64,000 nt of DNA from an uncultured bacterium (GTDB lineage Bacteria; Babelota; Babeliae; Babelales; Vermiphilaceae): positions 64,001 through 128,000 of the forward strand of contig OY970172.1 of assembly GCA_963707655.1 (NCBI GenBank), given 5' to 3'. The translations under genes were made by a program, and so were the position numbers. Below, piece after piece: positions 22,797 through 33,624 of the stretch. The notes below the pieces were generated by a model, which was not told the origin of the DNA, searched no databases, and saw only the letters and a program-made list of their open reading frames with translations. Numbering within the stretch: position 1 is the stretch's first letter; every line of letters begins with the position of its first letter.

Positions 22797-25700
22797 TTAT
22801 CTCCGATTGTTCACTGCTTTAAACCAATACCAGCTTGCAATCAAAACCAAGACAATGCCTGCCAGAGCACTGATCGGCGCAAGAGGATAAGCATTAAAGA
22901 GTGCCTGTTGGAATAATGCTGCGCATGAGCACGCTGCAAGTGCCACACCCAATAATGCATAATCAAAGTGTAAAAACCATTCATAGATGATCCAAAACAC
23001 TATGGCTACGCAACCATTTTGAAGCAAGAACCACAAAATATTTGTAGTAGCATCAAGAGAGCGTGTGGCGCTGAAGAGTATCATGCTCCCAATAAAAGCA
23101 GCGCCCAGGATCAGGCGAGAATAATTAAAATGTTTGAAAAGATATTCAAGAGCAAGAATAAGCATGGTGACAGCACAGCTCATAATGAGCCAACTAAATA
23201 ATGTTTGCAGCGGAAGACCAAGAGGTATATGTGCTCCCAATGCGCTGTAGTCTGCCCAGAGCGGTTTTGAGTGATAGGTCAGCAGAGAAGCGCCGAAATC
23301 AACACCAGCAATTACTACGCCGCTACACATGCCAACGAGCCATGCTGCAACGGTTTTTCCACTGGTATGTGGTCTGGATGATTTTAATACCAGGGTGGCT
23401 ATCAACGTGATAACACCTGTTAAGAAAATATAATATACGATTGACATGCCTATAGATTTAAAAAGCTGATGGCTGAAGGGTGCAGCAGTATTGAAGTTAC
23501 CTTGCGTAGTCGGCCAATTATTAACCATGGAGAAGAGATAGAAAGCAAAGACAAGTGCTGCAAAACTAAGCATCCCTGAAAATGAAAGACGATGCGTATA
23601 TAGACCGAGCAGAAGCAAGAAGCAGCAGAGGAAAATAAGTGCGCATAATAAAAAGGAAACTTGCTTTATAATAGAGACAAACGTTTCTTTGTTCTGTTGT
23701 TCACGTTCCCATTCCTCTGGCACATTAATAAATCTTTTTTGATCAGTTATCTGGTCACCGGCGACATTCACAGAAATGCGCGCTTCGTCTTGAGTCAATG
23801 CCGGATATGAAATGTCAGCAAAAGTGAAGAGCCAATCTTTGCGTGCAGGGTGCACCGTTTCTTGTGCAGAGATCTCTTTTATCGCCGTGCCGTAAAGATT
23901 GTAACTCGTTTTAAGTGCCTGCGTAGCAAGGGCTCTTGCTTCTTCTTTAGAAATTGTTTTTCCGGGTGCATCTTCAGGCAAAATATGCATCGTGCGAATG
24001 AGCGTTCCTGCATCGGCCAGGACCACCCAATATTCTTCAGCACGTTCCGATGGCGTGCCGGCAAAGCGAACAAAGCGTACGACCCAAAGGGGTGGGCGCA
24101 AATAAGAGTTCAAGAATGGGGTATATAGATCGCGCGCTTTTTGCCATATATAATTTTGCTCGGCCGGGGACGTGTTAAGGGGGATATGCATGGTGGTCAG
24201 CGCTTGCCAAGGAGACTCAAGATGTATGTTTTGCTGTTCAAGAATTTCGCGCGCTTTGGCTATTGCTCCTGTGCGTGAAATCATGAGTGATGGCGCTTGG
24301 TTTTTTTCAATAAAAAAAGTTGCGCCAATGGCAAATGCGCCAATGCATGAGAGAGCAATCAGCGGAAGAGATATTTTTTTATGTATGATCGTTTGTATTT
24401 CTTCGGCAATGGTATGCGCTTTTTTTGCCACCGGCTTATGCGCTTTGTTGTAGAAACTTTCCGCTAATGCATGCCATGAACCGGTGCGCAGACGAGCATA
24501 GATTATTACCAAAAGCGGAATGATGCTGAGCATAATGACGAGCAGTTGGTTGACCCACGCTCCTGATGCATGTGAAATAAACAGAGGCAGAGCAAACCAA
24601 AACACGTCAAAAATAACGTGAGAAATAATTGCCGGCAATAAACCAAAGGCTAGGTAAAGACCGCCGAAAACCGTGGAAGGAACAATAAGTTCTATCAGAC
24701 GCGCATAGGCGGGTAGTGTTGGGTAGTTGGCATGCGCAGCGCCAAAAATAATAATTTGAATCACAAAGGCGGCTACGATGAATAATTTCTTTTTACCAAA
24801 GCGCTCTCCCCATAAAGCAGCGCTTGCTAAAGGAATGGCGCGGAAGAGACATTCTTCCAAAAATCCGGCGGTCAAGGAGCTAGAAAACGCTGAAAGCCAG
24901 GGAGCGTATTCAGCTAATATGTTAGGATCGGTCAATGTGCCGGCCGGTATCCACCAGCCAAAATATTTTTGAGCAATAATATAGACGCTCATTGCAAAAA
25001 TAAGATCAAGGGGCACAATCAGATAGCCACCAATAGTACGTCCCCATACCTGCCATGATGAAGCGGCAGAGCGGTCCCACAGTTTCCATAATTGAATCTG
25101 AGAACCAAATGCCTTACGGGTTAATGCTTCTGCGACAGAAAATACAAAAGCATACATGCCAATACGTATCACGAAAGAGAAAAGAATAGAAATAAGCGAG
25201 CTAATTAAAAAACTGGTTGGAGCAACAGCGGTATTATAATAATTCCATATGACCGGCAATTTACTGAGTTGGCTCAATAGTTCCAGAAAAGCAATAATAA
25301 AGGCAGCAATGAATCCGTATGACAATACATTATTTATTTTTACGAAAAGCAAAAATGTTATGAGGCCGCCTAAAATGTAGAGCAATATCATAGCCATTGT
25401 GGCAGCGGTTGCAATGCTATTGTTGGAAGAGCGGAGTTCTTTGTAATGTAAAAGAAATGATTCGGGAATTTTTATAAAATGCATAATTTCAGTCAGTTTA
25501 TCGCCACTAACTTCAAGCCTCAGGCGATAAAACCCGTCACCAATTTTCTCATTGGTGCGTTGATATACAAAGGTGTGATCGGATCGCTTGCTCGGTGAAA
25601 CTTCTTTAGATTGTTCAATGAGGGTATATGGAGAAAGGTCAATATTCCACTCTTTGCATCCATCCTGCGCAATGGCAAGTGCCTGCTCTTGGGAAAGATC

Positions 25701-26126
25701 GGCGCCAGGATCATTCTCAGCCATTATTTGTTGAAAGCCGTATGGCGTACCGGAGGGGGTAAAACGTACTATTGTTTCATGCTTGTCATGTTCATAGTAG
25801 TGACGCACTTCCCAATAGTAAGGCATATATAAATTATTATTCATCATAGCGGTGAATGCCTGAACACCACCGGCGGCAAGCTCAACAAATGTCTGTGCGG
25901 TGCAGTCTGTTTGAAAGGTTGCTACTTGATGATGAGTTGCGGGAAGCCAACCATATTTTTGCGCCAGTTCATCCGCTTGTGCAAGTGCCTGGCTACGGTT
26001 CATTTTTAAATCAATATTTACTAGGGGAAATGCAAGAGGAAAGAATTTTTTAACTGCCACGGCACTTATTATGCTCGCGGCAAGAAATAAAATCCAAAAA
26101 TAACGATTTTTAAAAACAGATTTCAT
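22797..26126 (-). CDS. Large CPBP (CAAX type II/Abi) intramembrane metalloprotease with duplicated extracytoplasmic domains
   Basis: GFLEECLFR, FGAAH and AIISHVIFD motifs; many TM helices; internal duplication. Confidence 0.88.
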   Translation of the reverse strand: MKSVFKNRYFWILFLAASIISAVAVKKFFPLAFPLVNIDLKMNRSQALAQADELAQKYGWLPATHHQVATFQTDCTAQTFVELAAGGVQAFTAMMNNNLYMPYYWEVRHYYEHDKHETIVRFTPSGTPYGFQQIMAENDPGADLSQEQALAIAQDGCKEWNIDLSPYTLIEQSKEVSPSKRSDHTFVYQRTNEKIGDGFYRLRLEVSGDKLTEIMHFIKIPESFLLHYKELRSSNNSIATAATMAMILLYILGGLITFLLFVKINNVLSYGFIAAFIIAFLELLSQLSKLPVIWNYYNTAVAPTSFLISSLISILFSFVIRIGMYAFVFSVAEALTRKAFGSQIQLWKLWDRSAASSWQVWGRTIGGYLIVPLDLIFAMSVYIIAQKYFGWWIPAGTLTDPNILAEYAPWLSAFSSSLTAGFLEECLFRAIPLASAALWGERFGKKKLFIVAAFVIQIIIFGAAHANYPTLPAYARLIELIVPSTVFGGLYLAFGLLPAIISHVIFDVFWFALPLFISHASGAWVNQLLVIMLSIIPLLVIIYARLRTGSWHALAESFYNKAHKPVAKKAHTIAEEIQTIIHKKISLPLIALSCIGAFAIGATFFIEKNQAPSLMISRTGAIAKAREILEQQNIHLESPWQALTTMHIPLNTSPAEQNYIWQKARDLYTPFLNSYLRPPLWVVRFVRFAGTPSERAEEYWVVLADAGTLIRTMHILPEDAPGKTISKEEARALATQALKTSYNLYGTAIKEISAQETVHPARKDWLFTFADISYPALTQDEARISVNVAGDQITDQKRFINVPEEWEREQQNKETFVSIIKQVSFLLCALIFLCCFLLLLGLYTHRLSFSGMLSFAALVFAFYLFSMVNNWPTTQGNFNTAAPFSHQLFKSIGMSIVYYIFLTGVITLIATLVLKSSRPHTSGKTVAAWLVGMCSGVVIAGVDFGASLLTYHSKPLWADYSALGAHIPLGLPLQTLFSWLIMSCAVTMLILALEYLFKHFNYSRLILGAAFIGSMILFSATRSLDATTNILWFLLQNGCVAIVFWIIYEWFLHFDYALLGVALAACSCAALFQQALFNAYPLAPISALAGIVLVLIASWYWFKAVNNRR

Positions 26127-26224
26127 GTAAAGCTCCCTATGTTTTTTATTGATTTCTCACGTGGATACAATAAACGTAATAAATTTTAAAGAAAAGGAAC
26201 AGGATTATTCTGGTGACATTATTC

Positions 26225-28417
26225 TTATTCGTACGACAATGCAAGCTCACGGTGTTCCAGCGCTTGTTCAATGAATGATGCTGGCCAATCTGCCTGTATA
26301 TCTAGTATCTTCCCCTGTTCATCGCGCATTGGTGTAAGGCGTGGATAAATATAGGCTGCTGCTTTTAAATCTCCCACTACCGCTTTCATATTATTTTGCA
26401 GGATTGCAGGGTAAGCAAGATTACGCACGAATCGCCCATAGGTATCAAGAAGTTTTTTGAACTGAATACCATCAGCAGTTGATTTTATTGTCTGCACAAT
26501 AATTGCCAACTCTTTGATGGTATCACACGCTTTTTCTAAATCTGTAATCTTGAAACCAAGCACGGTATGCTCAGTGCCACCAATTAATTGTTTTTCTTCA
26601 ATTAATGCAAGTGATCCTGAATCGAGCAAATAATTCATAATAATAGTGTTGGCCTGTGCATGTGATCCTGAAATTTCAGGGTTGCCGATGGGTTGAGATT
26701 GCAAACGACGCAATCCAGTGCCGGCCATATCGTAAATGAGCCACTCAATAAATTTTTCTTTGCCTATTTTTTCCGGCCAATCTTTATATAAACCGGCTTG
26801 TGCCAATTCATCAAACATAAAAATACTGGTATATAAAGCAATAATTTCAGCGCGCAATTCTTCCAGTGATTGACCAACACCGGCAAAAAATGGGTTGCTA
26901 TTGGCAGGGGTGAGCGCAAGAGTGTCATTCACTGTATAGCTCGTGCCATCAATAGCCAGTGGGTCACCTTCTGCAAAGGTATGCACGTCCAGGCGTCCGC
27001 TGCCGTGACCGAGCGTTTCATGCAAGATACAATGGATATTCCAAATGTCGCTTCCAAGTTTCCCCTCTGCATCATGCTGTGCCAAAAATGAGGCATGTTC
27101 TTTGAGATAGAAAAGTTGTTTGTAGAGAGCGGGATTGAGCAAAGCCCCCAAACCTTTTTCAGCTTGATAAATTATTTGCTTTGAGCCGTACGTTGAGCGA
27201 ATATCTTCATAATTAGGCAAGCAATAGGCGGCAGTAACTTGCAATGGTCCTGCTTGACCAGCGCCAAAGATTATTGAATTGATAGAAGCATTTGGCATGC
27301 CGGCACCGGTATCAAGACCTTCGCGTTTGAATTTTTCAGGAAAAGGAAGTTGGCGCTCCAGCTGTGGCAATAGTTCATTCAAGGTTTGCATATCAATTGC
27401 TTTAACCGTTATTTCTGCTTCAAATGAGCCGCGATATTCTTTGGGATCTTGATAGTTTTCGATAAAACCAAAGAGATAATCAAGGCGATTATTACTTTTG
27501 AGCCATTCAATGGAATGTTTTCTAAAATCCTGCTCATCACCGCTTCGCAAAAAGGCTATCAGATGGGCAAGACTGTTGACCAAGGGTTTATCAAAGCTCT
27601 TTTGATGCGCTTGTGCATGGTGCAAAGCTTTTTCAAGCCAATGGGCAGAAACGGCAAGCTCGGGAGAATATTTGCCGCCAATGCGATAACGCTCAACCGT
27701 CGGAGTGCGTTCCCCATTTTCATCTTTTATATAATAATAAGCGTTCAGATGAGTGCGCTCGTGCGCGGGGAGTGCTTGGTAATCTTCTTCGGTAAAATCG
27801 GGTGCATAAAAATTGCCGGCACTTTCTTTGATGTTGTCAGCAACACAACAACTTTTTTCATGTGTGCAATCAAAAAGAGAGGGTGCCACTTCTGCAAGAA
27901 GTGCCACCAAATCATCTCTGCCGAGTACATTCAGCGCATGATTAAATTTTTCTTCGGTCAATAAGGTAAGATTCATGCGTGATGGTGTTCTTTTTTCATC
28001 AACATGCTCTTTGGCAAAATATTGGCTATGATTCGCCCAGAAATAAACAAGATATGTTTTGAGTTCTTGCATGAAGCGGGTATGCACGTCAAGCGGTACC
28101 CAGTTTAGTTCCCGCAATTGAGTTTCATTAAGAAAGAGTGTCTCGCATAATTGAATAATGGCAAGTGAATGACGATGGTATTGGTCGGCTGCGATGCGGT
28201 TACCCGGAAGCGACGCACGAAAAATGTAGTAGGCAAAAACACGCTCTTGTGCCGTTAATTCATTATACAAAGGTGCGATGGCGCTATTATACTGAGTGGC
28301 AATTTCATGAAATTTTTCTATGGTGGTCGGGGCGGTCTTGAGTGGTTGGTATGCCATGAGATGACTTTCATAACAAAATAATAAAAAACTTATATATACA
28401 CCGTGAATACGCTTCAT
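26225..28417 (-). CDS. Dipeptidyl-peptidase III (peptidase M49)
   Basis: HETLGH (HExxGH) and EELRAE zinc motifs; GFIENYQDP; signal-like N-terminus. Confidence 0.9.
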   Translation of the reverse strand: MKRIHGVYISFLLFCYESHLMAYQPLKTAPTTIEKFHEIATQYNSAIAPLYNELTAQERVFAYYIFRASLPGNRIAADQYHRHSLAIIQLCETLFLNETQLRELNWVPLDVHTRFMQELKTYLVYFWANHSQYFAKEHVDEKRTPSRMNLTLLTEEKFNHALNVLGRDDLVALLAEVAPSLFDCTHEKSCCVADNIKESAGNFYAPDFTEEDYQALPAHERTHLNAYYYIKDENGERTPTVERYRIGGKYSPELAVSAHWLEKALHHAQAHQKSFDKPLVNSLAHLIAFLRSGDEQDFRKHSIEWLKSNNRLDYLFGFIENYQDPKEYRGSFEAEITVKAIDMQTLNELLPQLERQLPFPEKFKREGLDTGAGMPNASINSIIFGAGQAGPLQVTAAYCLPNYEDIRSTYGSKQIIYQAEKGLGALLNPALYKQLFYLKEHASFLAQHDAEGKLGSDIWNIHCILHETLGHGSGRLDVHTFAEGDPLAIDGTSYTVNDTLALTPANSNPFFAGVGQSLEELRAEIIALYTSIFMFDELAQAGLYKDWPEKIGKEKFIEWLIYDMAGTGLRRLQSQPIGNPEISGSHAQANTIIMNYLLDSGSLALIEEKQLIGGTEHTVLGFKITDLEKACDTIKELAIIVQTIKSTADGIQFKKLLDTYGRFVRNLAYPAILQNNMKAVVGDLKAAAYIYPRLTPMRDEQGKILDIQADWPASFIEQALEHRELALSYE

Positions 28418-28480
28418 GAAGTTTTTCCAAATAATTTTTATATAAAGCTATTATCAGGAAAAAGTCTATCGCGTGCTGTT

Positions 28481-29213
28481 TTATTTTTTCAATAGAAGAA
28501 TTTCACGTGTGGTTAAAAAGCGCCAGCGGCCCAGTGGCAGACCTCTTTTACTTAACGAGTCATAAAACACCCGGTCCAAGCCGCGCACATGATAATCGAG
28601 ATGGCCAAATAAGCCGGCGGATAACCCGATATTTGCCGCTGTGAATAGCAATTTTTACTTTTTCATGGTTGCGAGGATGAATATATTCAAGAGCATCAAC
28701 GGGAACGAGCCCATCCTTAAGTTTAATGCCTTCCTGAATCATTGCCTTATGTTCATATTGTAATGGCTTATCTAGGGTAACCACGTAAATTTTTTTTATT
28801 TCTTTGGAAGGGTGAGCAAGGTTTTGGGCCAAATCACCGTCATTGGTTAAGACCAACAAGCCACTGGTATCCCTATCAAGGCGCCCAACGGGGTATAAAC
28901 GTACCTTTGGAGCATCGGTAAGCAGTTCCATTACGGTGTTTCTGCCATGCTCATCAGAAACAGTGGTAATATAGCCTTTGGGCTTGTTGAGTAAAATATA
29001 TACTTTGTGTTCTGTCTTTACCGTTTTATTTTGCACTTTTATTATATCGGTATTTGCTACACGATGCGCCGGATTGGTAATTTTTTTGCCATTGACCGTT
29101 ACTTTTCCACCCTCAATCAGCTCTACGGCATTACGACGGGAACACAATCCTGCTTGGGCAATAAATTTGCTCAGAGAAGGAGAATTGTCATTTTTTTGAG
29201 ATTTATCAGTCAT
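28481..29213 (-). pseudogene. RluB/RsuA-family pseudouridine synthase with a frameshift near 28612
   Basis: S4 domain, NKPKG and GRLDRDTSG motifs. The canonical tail FGHLDYHVRGLDRV...LPLGRWRFLT lies in another frame ending at 28481. Confidence 0.85.
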
Positions 29214-29493
29214 AAAAATCCAGTATATGGTGTATTTAACTATAATATATTAGTTTATTGTAAAAATTACTGAAAACATAGTATTAAGTACAATATTCCA
29301 CTACTCCTATTGAATGCTGTTTGAAATTAATGATATTTTTAATTAAAAAAGTTATGAGGGAATTACCCCAATGAAGAAACGGATGAAGAATGAGGTTGAC
29401 CTAGAATAAAGTGTTATTTTAAAGCACTTTTTTGTATAATATTGATTCTTATTCTGAAGAATTTTGCACTTCAATATTCTTTTTAAGGTAACA

Positions 29494-30939
29494 ATGCATA
29501 AAACAATATTAATTATACTGTGCGTTCTACATTCTTTCTTTCTTGTGGGGATGTCGTCATCACCAAGAGGGCAGCAGCATGCCATAGTCACAACGACCGC
29601 CTCGTTTCTCAACAAGCTGACTGACCAATTGCGTATTACTATCAATAATGATCAAGCAGAAACTTTGATATCATTCGGGGCAAAGGAACGTGTGCTTTTG
29701 AGCAGTGATGTTCCTGATTTCATACATACCATTGTTTTTAATGACAAACGATATGGTAAAAATAACGGAGTCATTGCCGACTGGAATTGGAAAATAGCCC
29801 AAGCGGCAGGCTGCGGGCCCGAGAGCGGATATCGTTATTCTCAAAATCCGACATTTACCATAGACGATATTATGTTGGATATTCTTGATTTTGCGAATGG
29901 CATAGAAGCAAAAGGAATTGAAGCGGCTCAGGAAGACGGAACGGTTCAAATAAGCGTTAACGATGAAGTTCGCTTTACCACCCAGAGGGGGTATGCAGGA
30001 AAATTCAAAATTTATAGGCCAACCGACAAAAAAATTATTCGTTTTTTTAACAGATCAAGTGATGAACTCACTATAAAAATTAATAAGAAATCTAAGACGA
30101 CAATAGCAGTAAGTAGTGAGACTGACCATTACCCGCTAGAGATAAAAAGCGATTTTAAGATTAAAAAATTAGGTATCAATGGCCATTTTTTTGATGAATA
30201 TGACCTCATCACAGTTCGGCTCAATGCTATTATAGAAAAAATATTTCCAGGGCATTGTTGTGATATTGATTTTATTACCGATGAATTTTTAAAAGAGCTC
30301 GTGCAGGAAACAAGAGTGAATTTTTTAAATTGTACCGATAGGTCATTAGTGCTCATAATCAACGATTTGCCAGCATGTGCTCTAGCGCCAAAGACATTGC
30401 CCGCTGACCAGCGGCCGGATTCAGAAGCACAACAGGGAAGTCCCCGCCTTGCTACAATGAGAAAAAGAGCATTAAGCAATGCATCTTCATCGCAGGTTAT
30501 GACAACATTGAAGAAGGATTTGCAAGGGCTGTATATAAGCACTCTCATTATTGATGGAAAGCGTTACACAAGCGGCAACAAGACAATTGAAGGTTTGAAT
30601 GCACATATTACCAATGCATCGTGTCTTGAGGAAGAGCATCCTGCTGTTGAACTATGTGATCGCTTATTGAGGGGGCTGGAATCCAATCAAGAGAGCCTTG
30701 ATCTACAGGAGATTTCATCAAGCGATCAACCCGTTGTTACCTCTTCAGGTTATAGTAGAATACCCCTTGTTTCACGCGGAGTGAAACGGCCAAGTGCCCC
30801 GCCTCTCGTTAAGCCGCTTGATTTGTTGAGAATACAGCATAGCCACAGTCGTATGCCCAGTAGCAGCAGTGAAGACCCCATAGAAAGGTCACCACGACAC
30901 GATGATATTGGGGATGCATCAAGTAGCAGTTCTGATTAA
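29494..30939 (+). CDS. Exported hypothetical protein with Ser/Pro-rich disordered tail
   Basis: Signal peptide MHKTILIILCVLHSFFLVGM; long ORF. Confidence 0.78.
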   Translation: MHKTILIILCVLHSFFLVGMSSSPRGQQHAIVTTTASFLNKLTDQLRITINNDQAETLISFGAKERVLLSSDVPDFIHTIVFNDKRYGKNNGVIADWNWKIAQAAGCGPESGYRYSQNPTFTIDDIMLDILDFANGIEAKGIEAAQEDGTVQISVNDEVRFTTQRGYAGKFKIYRPTDKKIIRFFNRSSDELTIKINKKSKTTIAVSSETDHYPLEIKSDFKIKKLGINGHFFDEYDLITVRLNAIIEKIFPGHCCDIDFITDEFLKELVQETRVNFLNCTDRSLVLIINDLPACALAPKTLPADQRPDSEAQQGSPRLATMRKRALSNASSSQVMTTLKKDLQGLYISTLIIDGKRYTSGNKTIEGLNAHITNASCLEEEHPAVELCDRLLRGLESNQESLDLQEISSSDQPVVTSSGYSRIPLVSRGVKRPSAPPLVKPLDLLRIQHSHSRMPSSSSEDPIERSPRHDDIGDASSSSSD

Positions 30940-30972
30940 ATATTAAAAACAAATACATACTATAAAGAGACA

Positions 30973-32322
30973 ATGGTTAAAACAAAAACAAGTTATTCAT
31001 GCACGAGTTGCACCTATAAAGCGGTAAAATGGATGGGGTGTTGTCCTGAATGCAACGAATGGAATACCTTTGTTGAGACAACCATTACTTCCGCGCCTTT
31101 GAGCAAAGCAGCTTCTTCATCTGGCCAGGTCGCGCTTATGACTCCCCTGCGCGAAACGCCAGGTAAACCAAAAGAGCGCATGTTTTCCGGGATTGAAGAA
31201 TGGGATCGTGTCTTGGGCGGTGGCATTATGCCTCACTCCCTCATTATTCTGACGGGCGACCCGGGTATTGGTAAATCAACGTTATTGCTTCAGATTTCAA
31301 ATCGCTTAGCCGAAAAATACACGGTATTTTATTTTTCTACTGAAGAATCATTGCAGCAAGTGCATCAGCGCGCCCAGCGCCTTGGCACCATACATGGCAA
31401 ATTACTCTTTTCAGATCAGGCAGATTTGCAGACGATTGTTGCAACGGCACAGGCAGAAAAACCTGATGTGGTTATTATTGATTCGATTCAAAATTGCTAT
31501 ACCAATAATGCCCAATCTTTTCCCGGTAGTGTGGGGCAATTGCGTGAATCGGCATTTCATCTTATGCGTTTGGCAAAAGATGCAGGAATCACGGTTATCG
31601 TCAGCGGCCATATTACCAAAGAAGGCAACATTGCGGGACCAAAAACGTTAGAGCACATGGTTGACGCGGTTTTTTATTTGCAGGGTGAAGAACGCTGGCA
31701 AACGCGCGTATTGCGTTCGGTCAAAAATCGCTTTGGTACTATTAATGAGCTGGGCTTTTTTCAGATGGGTGAACAGGGACTTGAGCAGGTACCTAATATA
31801 AATGAGCATTTGATTAGTGAACTTTCTTATGCTCCCGGATCAGCGCTTACCAGCGTTTTAGAAGGATCGCGTCCACTGTTGCTTGAATTGCAAGCGCTGA
31901 CGATAGAATCAAAAATTGGTATTCCTCAGCGGGTCGTTTCCGGTGTTGATCACAAGCAGGTTGTTTTAATTGCCGCTATTTTGGAAAAATATTTACAAGT
32001 GCGGCTCAGTGCGCATGATATTTTTTTTAAGATAAGCGGTGGCTTTAAAGTTAAAGAAAGTGCGGCAGATTTAGGCATAGCACTCGCATTGCTTTCAAGC
32101 TACTTTCAACAAGCGTTGCCCGAGAAAACAATTGTATTGGGAGAAATTAGTTTGACGGGGCAAATTAAACCGATTAATCAAATTAACAGTTTTATTCGAG
32201 AAGCTGAAAAATTTGGCATAAAACAATTGCTTGTTGCGCGAAATCAGAAACTAGAGAAGACAACGTGCAAGATACGCAGCTTCACCAATGTCTACGAACT
32301 GCTCACTCTATTCAGCGCATAA
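30973..32322 (+). CDS. radA: DNA repair protein RadA/Sms
   Basis: C4 zinc finger, GDPGIGKST, KNRFG and a Lon-like C-terminus. Confidence 0.97.
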   Translation: MVKTKTSYSCTSCTYKAVKWMGCCPECNEWNTFVETTITSAPLSKAASSSGQVALMTPLRETPGKPKERMFSGIEEWDRVLGGGIMPHSLIILTGDPGIGKSTLLLQISNRLAEKYTVFYFSTEESLQQVHQRAQRLGTIHGKLLFSDQADLQTIVATAQAEKPDVVIIDSIQNCYTNNAQSFPGSVGQLRESAFHLMRLAKDAGITVIVSGHITKEGNIAGPKTLEHMVDAVFYLQGEERWQTRVLRSVKNRFGTINELGFFQMGEQGLEQVPNINEHLISELSYAPGSALTSVLEGSRPLLLELQALTIESKIGIPQRVVSGVDHKQVVLIAAILEKYLQVRLSAHDIFFKISGGFKVKESAADLGIALALLSSYFQQALPEKTIVLGEISLTGQIKPINQINSFIREAEKFGIKQLLVARNQKLEKTTCKIRSFTNVYELLTLFSA

Positions 32323-32419
32323 GAATTTTGCTTTCATTTTATTCCTTTTTTATCTCTTTTATTATTATAATGCAGAAGATTATACTCGTAGAATAGGATA
32401 ATTCAAAAGGGGAAACGGA

Positions 32420-33592
32420 ATGAAAATATTGTCATCGTTGAGAAGCATAGTCATTATTTTACTTTTCATGGGAACAATGATTCTCTCAGCAGATCATGCC
32501 GAAGATGCGCATACGTGGGCCATCATTGGCTTTGGTCCCGCCGGTATAGTGACGGCTGGGTTGCTACTTGATCTGGGTGTTCCGGCAAAAAATATTATTT
32601 GTGTCGATCCTGAATTTAATGTTGGCAGATTGGGTCAATATTACAGCAATGTACCGAGCAATACCAAAACAAAGTTATTCGTAAATTTCATTAAAGCGTG
32701 CAAAACATTTCAGGAATGTAAATCGGCAGCCATAGATATGCTGTATACCTATGATCAGGATTTTGAGTATCCGTTGCGTATTATTATTGATCCACTCAAA
32801 GACATTAGCGATTATTTGCGAACAAAGGTTGTTTCAATAGAAGGTTCCATCCAGTCGCTCTATTTTGAAAATGGGCAGTGGCACATTGCAACCCAATCAA
32901 ACCAACGTTTTACCGCAGACAATGTGGTTCTTGCTACCGGATCGCGCCCGCGCAGCCTTGATTATCAGTGCACCAATGAAATTGGCCTCGATACTGCGCT
33001 GAGTAAAGAATGTTTGGCACAATCAGTGAACCGGGAAGATTCATTGGCTGTTGTTGGGAGCTCTCATTCTGCGGTGCTCGTGCTCAAATTTTTATCTGAG
33101 CTTCAGGTAAAAAGAATAGTTAATTTTTATAAATCTCCTCTGCAATATTCGGTTGATATGGGTGCGTGGACGCTGCACAATGCAAGCGGACTCAAAGGAA
33201 TTGCTGCGCAATGGGCCAAAGAGGTGCTTGAAAAAAATCCTCCGGCAAACCTTATGCGCGTATACAACAGTAAAGAAGCGCGCGATGCATGGTTGGGCGT
33301 ATGCAATAAAATAATTTATGCCGTTGGCTTTGAGCGCAACGATCTGCCGATTATTAACGGCGACGCGAGTGAAGTTTCTTATGATGACTGCTCAGGAACA
33401 ATAGCGCCGCGCCTTTTTGGTATCGGTATAGCTTTTCCTGAAAAATATACTGACCCTTTGGGGAATGTTGAGCATCGTGTTGGGTTGAATAGCTTTATGG
33501 AATATGCCCAGCGCATAGTGCCTGAATGGCTGGCAAAAGAGCGCAATCGTTTTGATTCGTTTGAGCAGCTTTTTACTATTGATGTAATGTAG
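32420..33592 (+). CDS. FAD/NAD(P)-dependent oxidoreductase with signal-like N-terminus
   Basis: IIGFGPAG, VLATGS and VVGSSHSA Rossmann motifs. Confidence 0.85.
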   Translation: MKILSSLRSIVIILLFMGTMILSADHAEDAHTWAIIGFGPAGIVTAGLLLDLGVPAKNIICVDPEFNVGRLGQYYSNVPSNTKTKLFVNFIKACKTFQECKSAAIDMLYTYDQDFEYPLRIIIDPLKDISDYLRTKVVSIEGSIQSLYFENGQWHIATQSNQRFTADNVVLATGSRPRSLDYQCTNEIGLDTALSKECLAQSVNREDSLAVVGSSHSAVLVLKFLSELQVKRIVNFYKSPLQYSVDMGAWTLHNASGLKGIAAQWAKEVLEKNPPANLMRVYNSKEARDAWLGVCNKIIYAVGFERNDLPIINGDASEVSYDDCSGTIAPRLFGIGIAFPEKYTDPLGNVEHRVGLNSFMEYAQRIVPEWLAKERNRFDSFEQLFTIDVM

Positions 33593-33624
33593 CAAGCATA
33601 GTAGAGAAAAAATGAGGAACAGAT

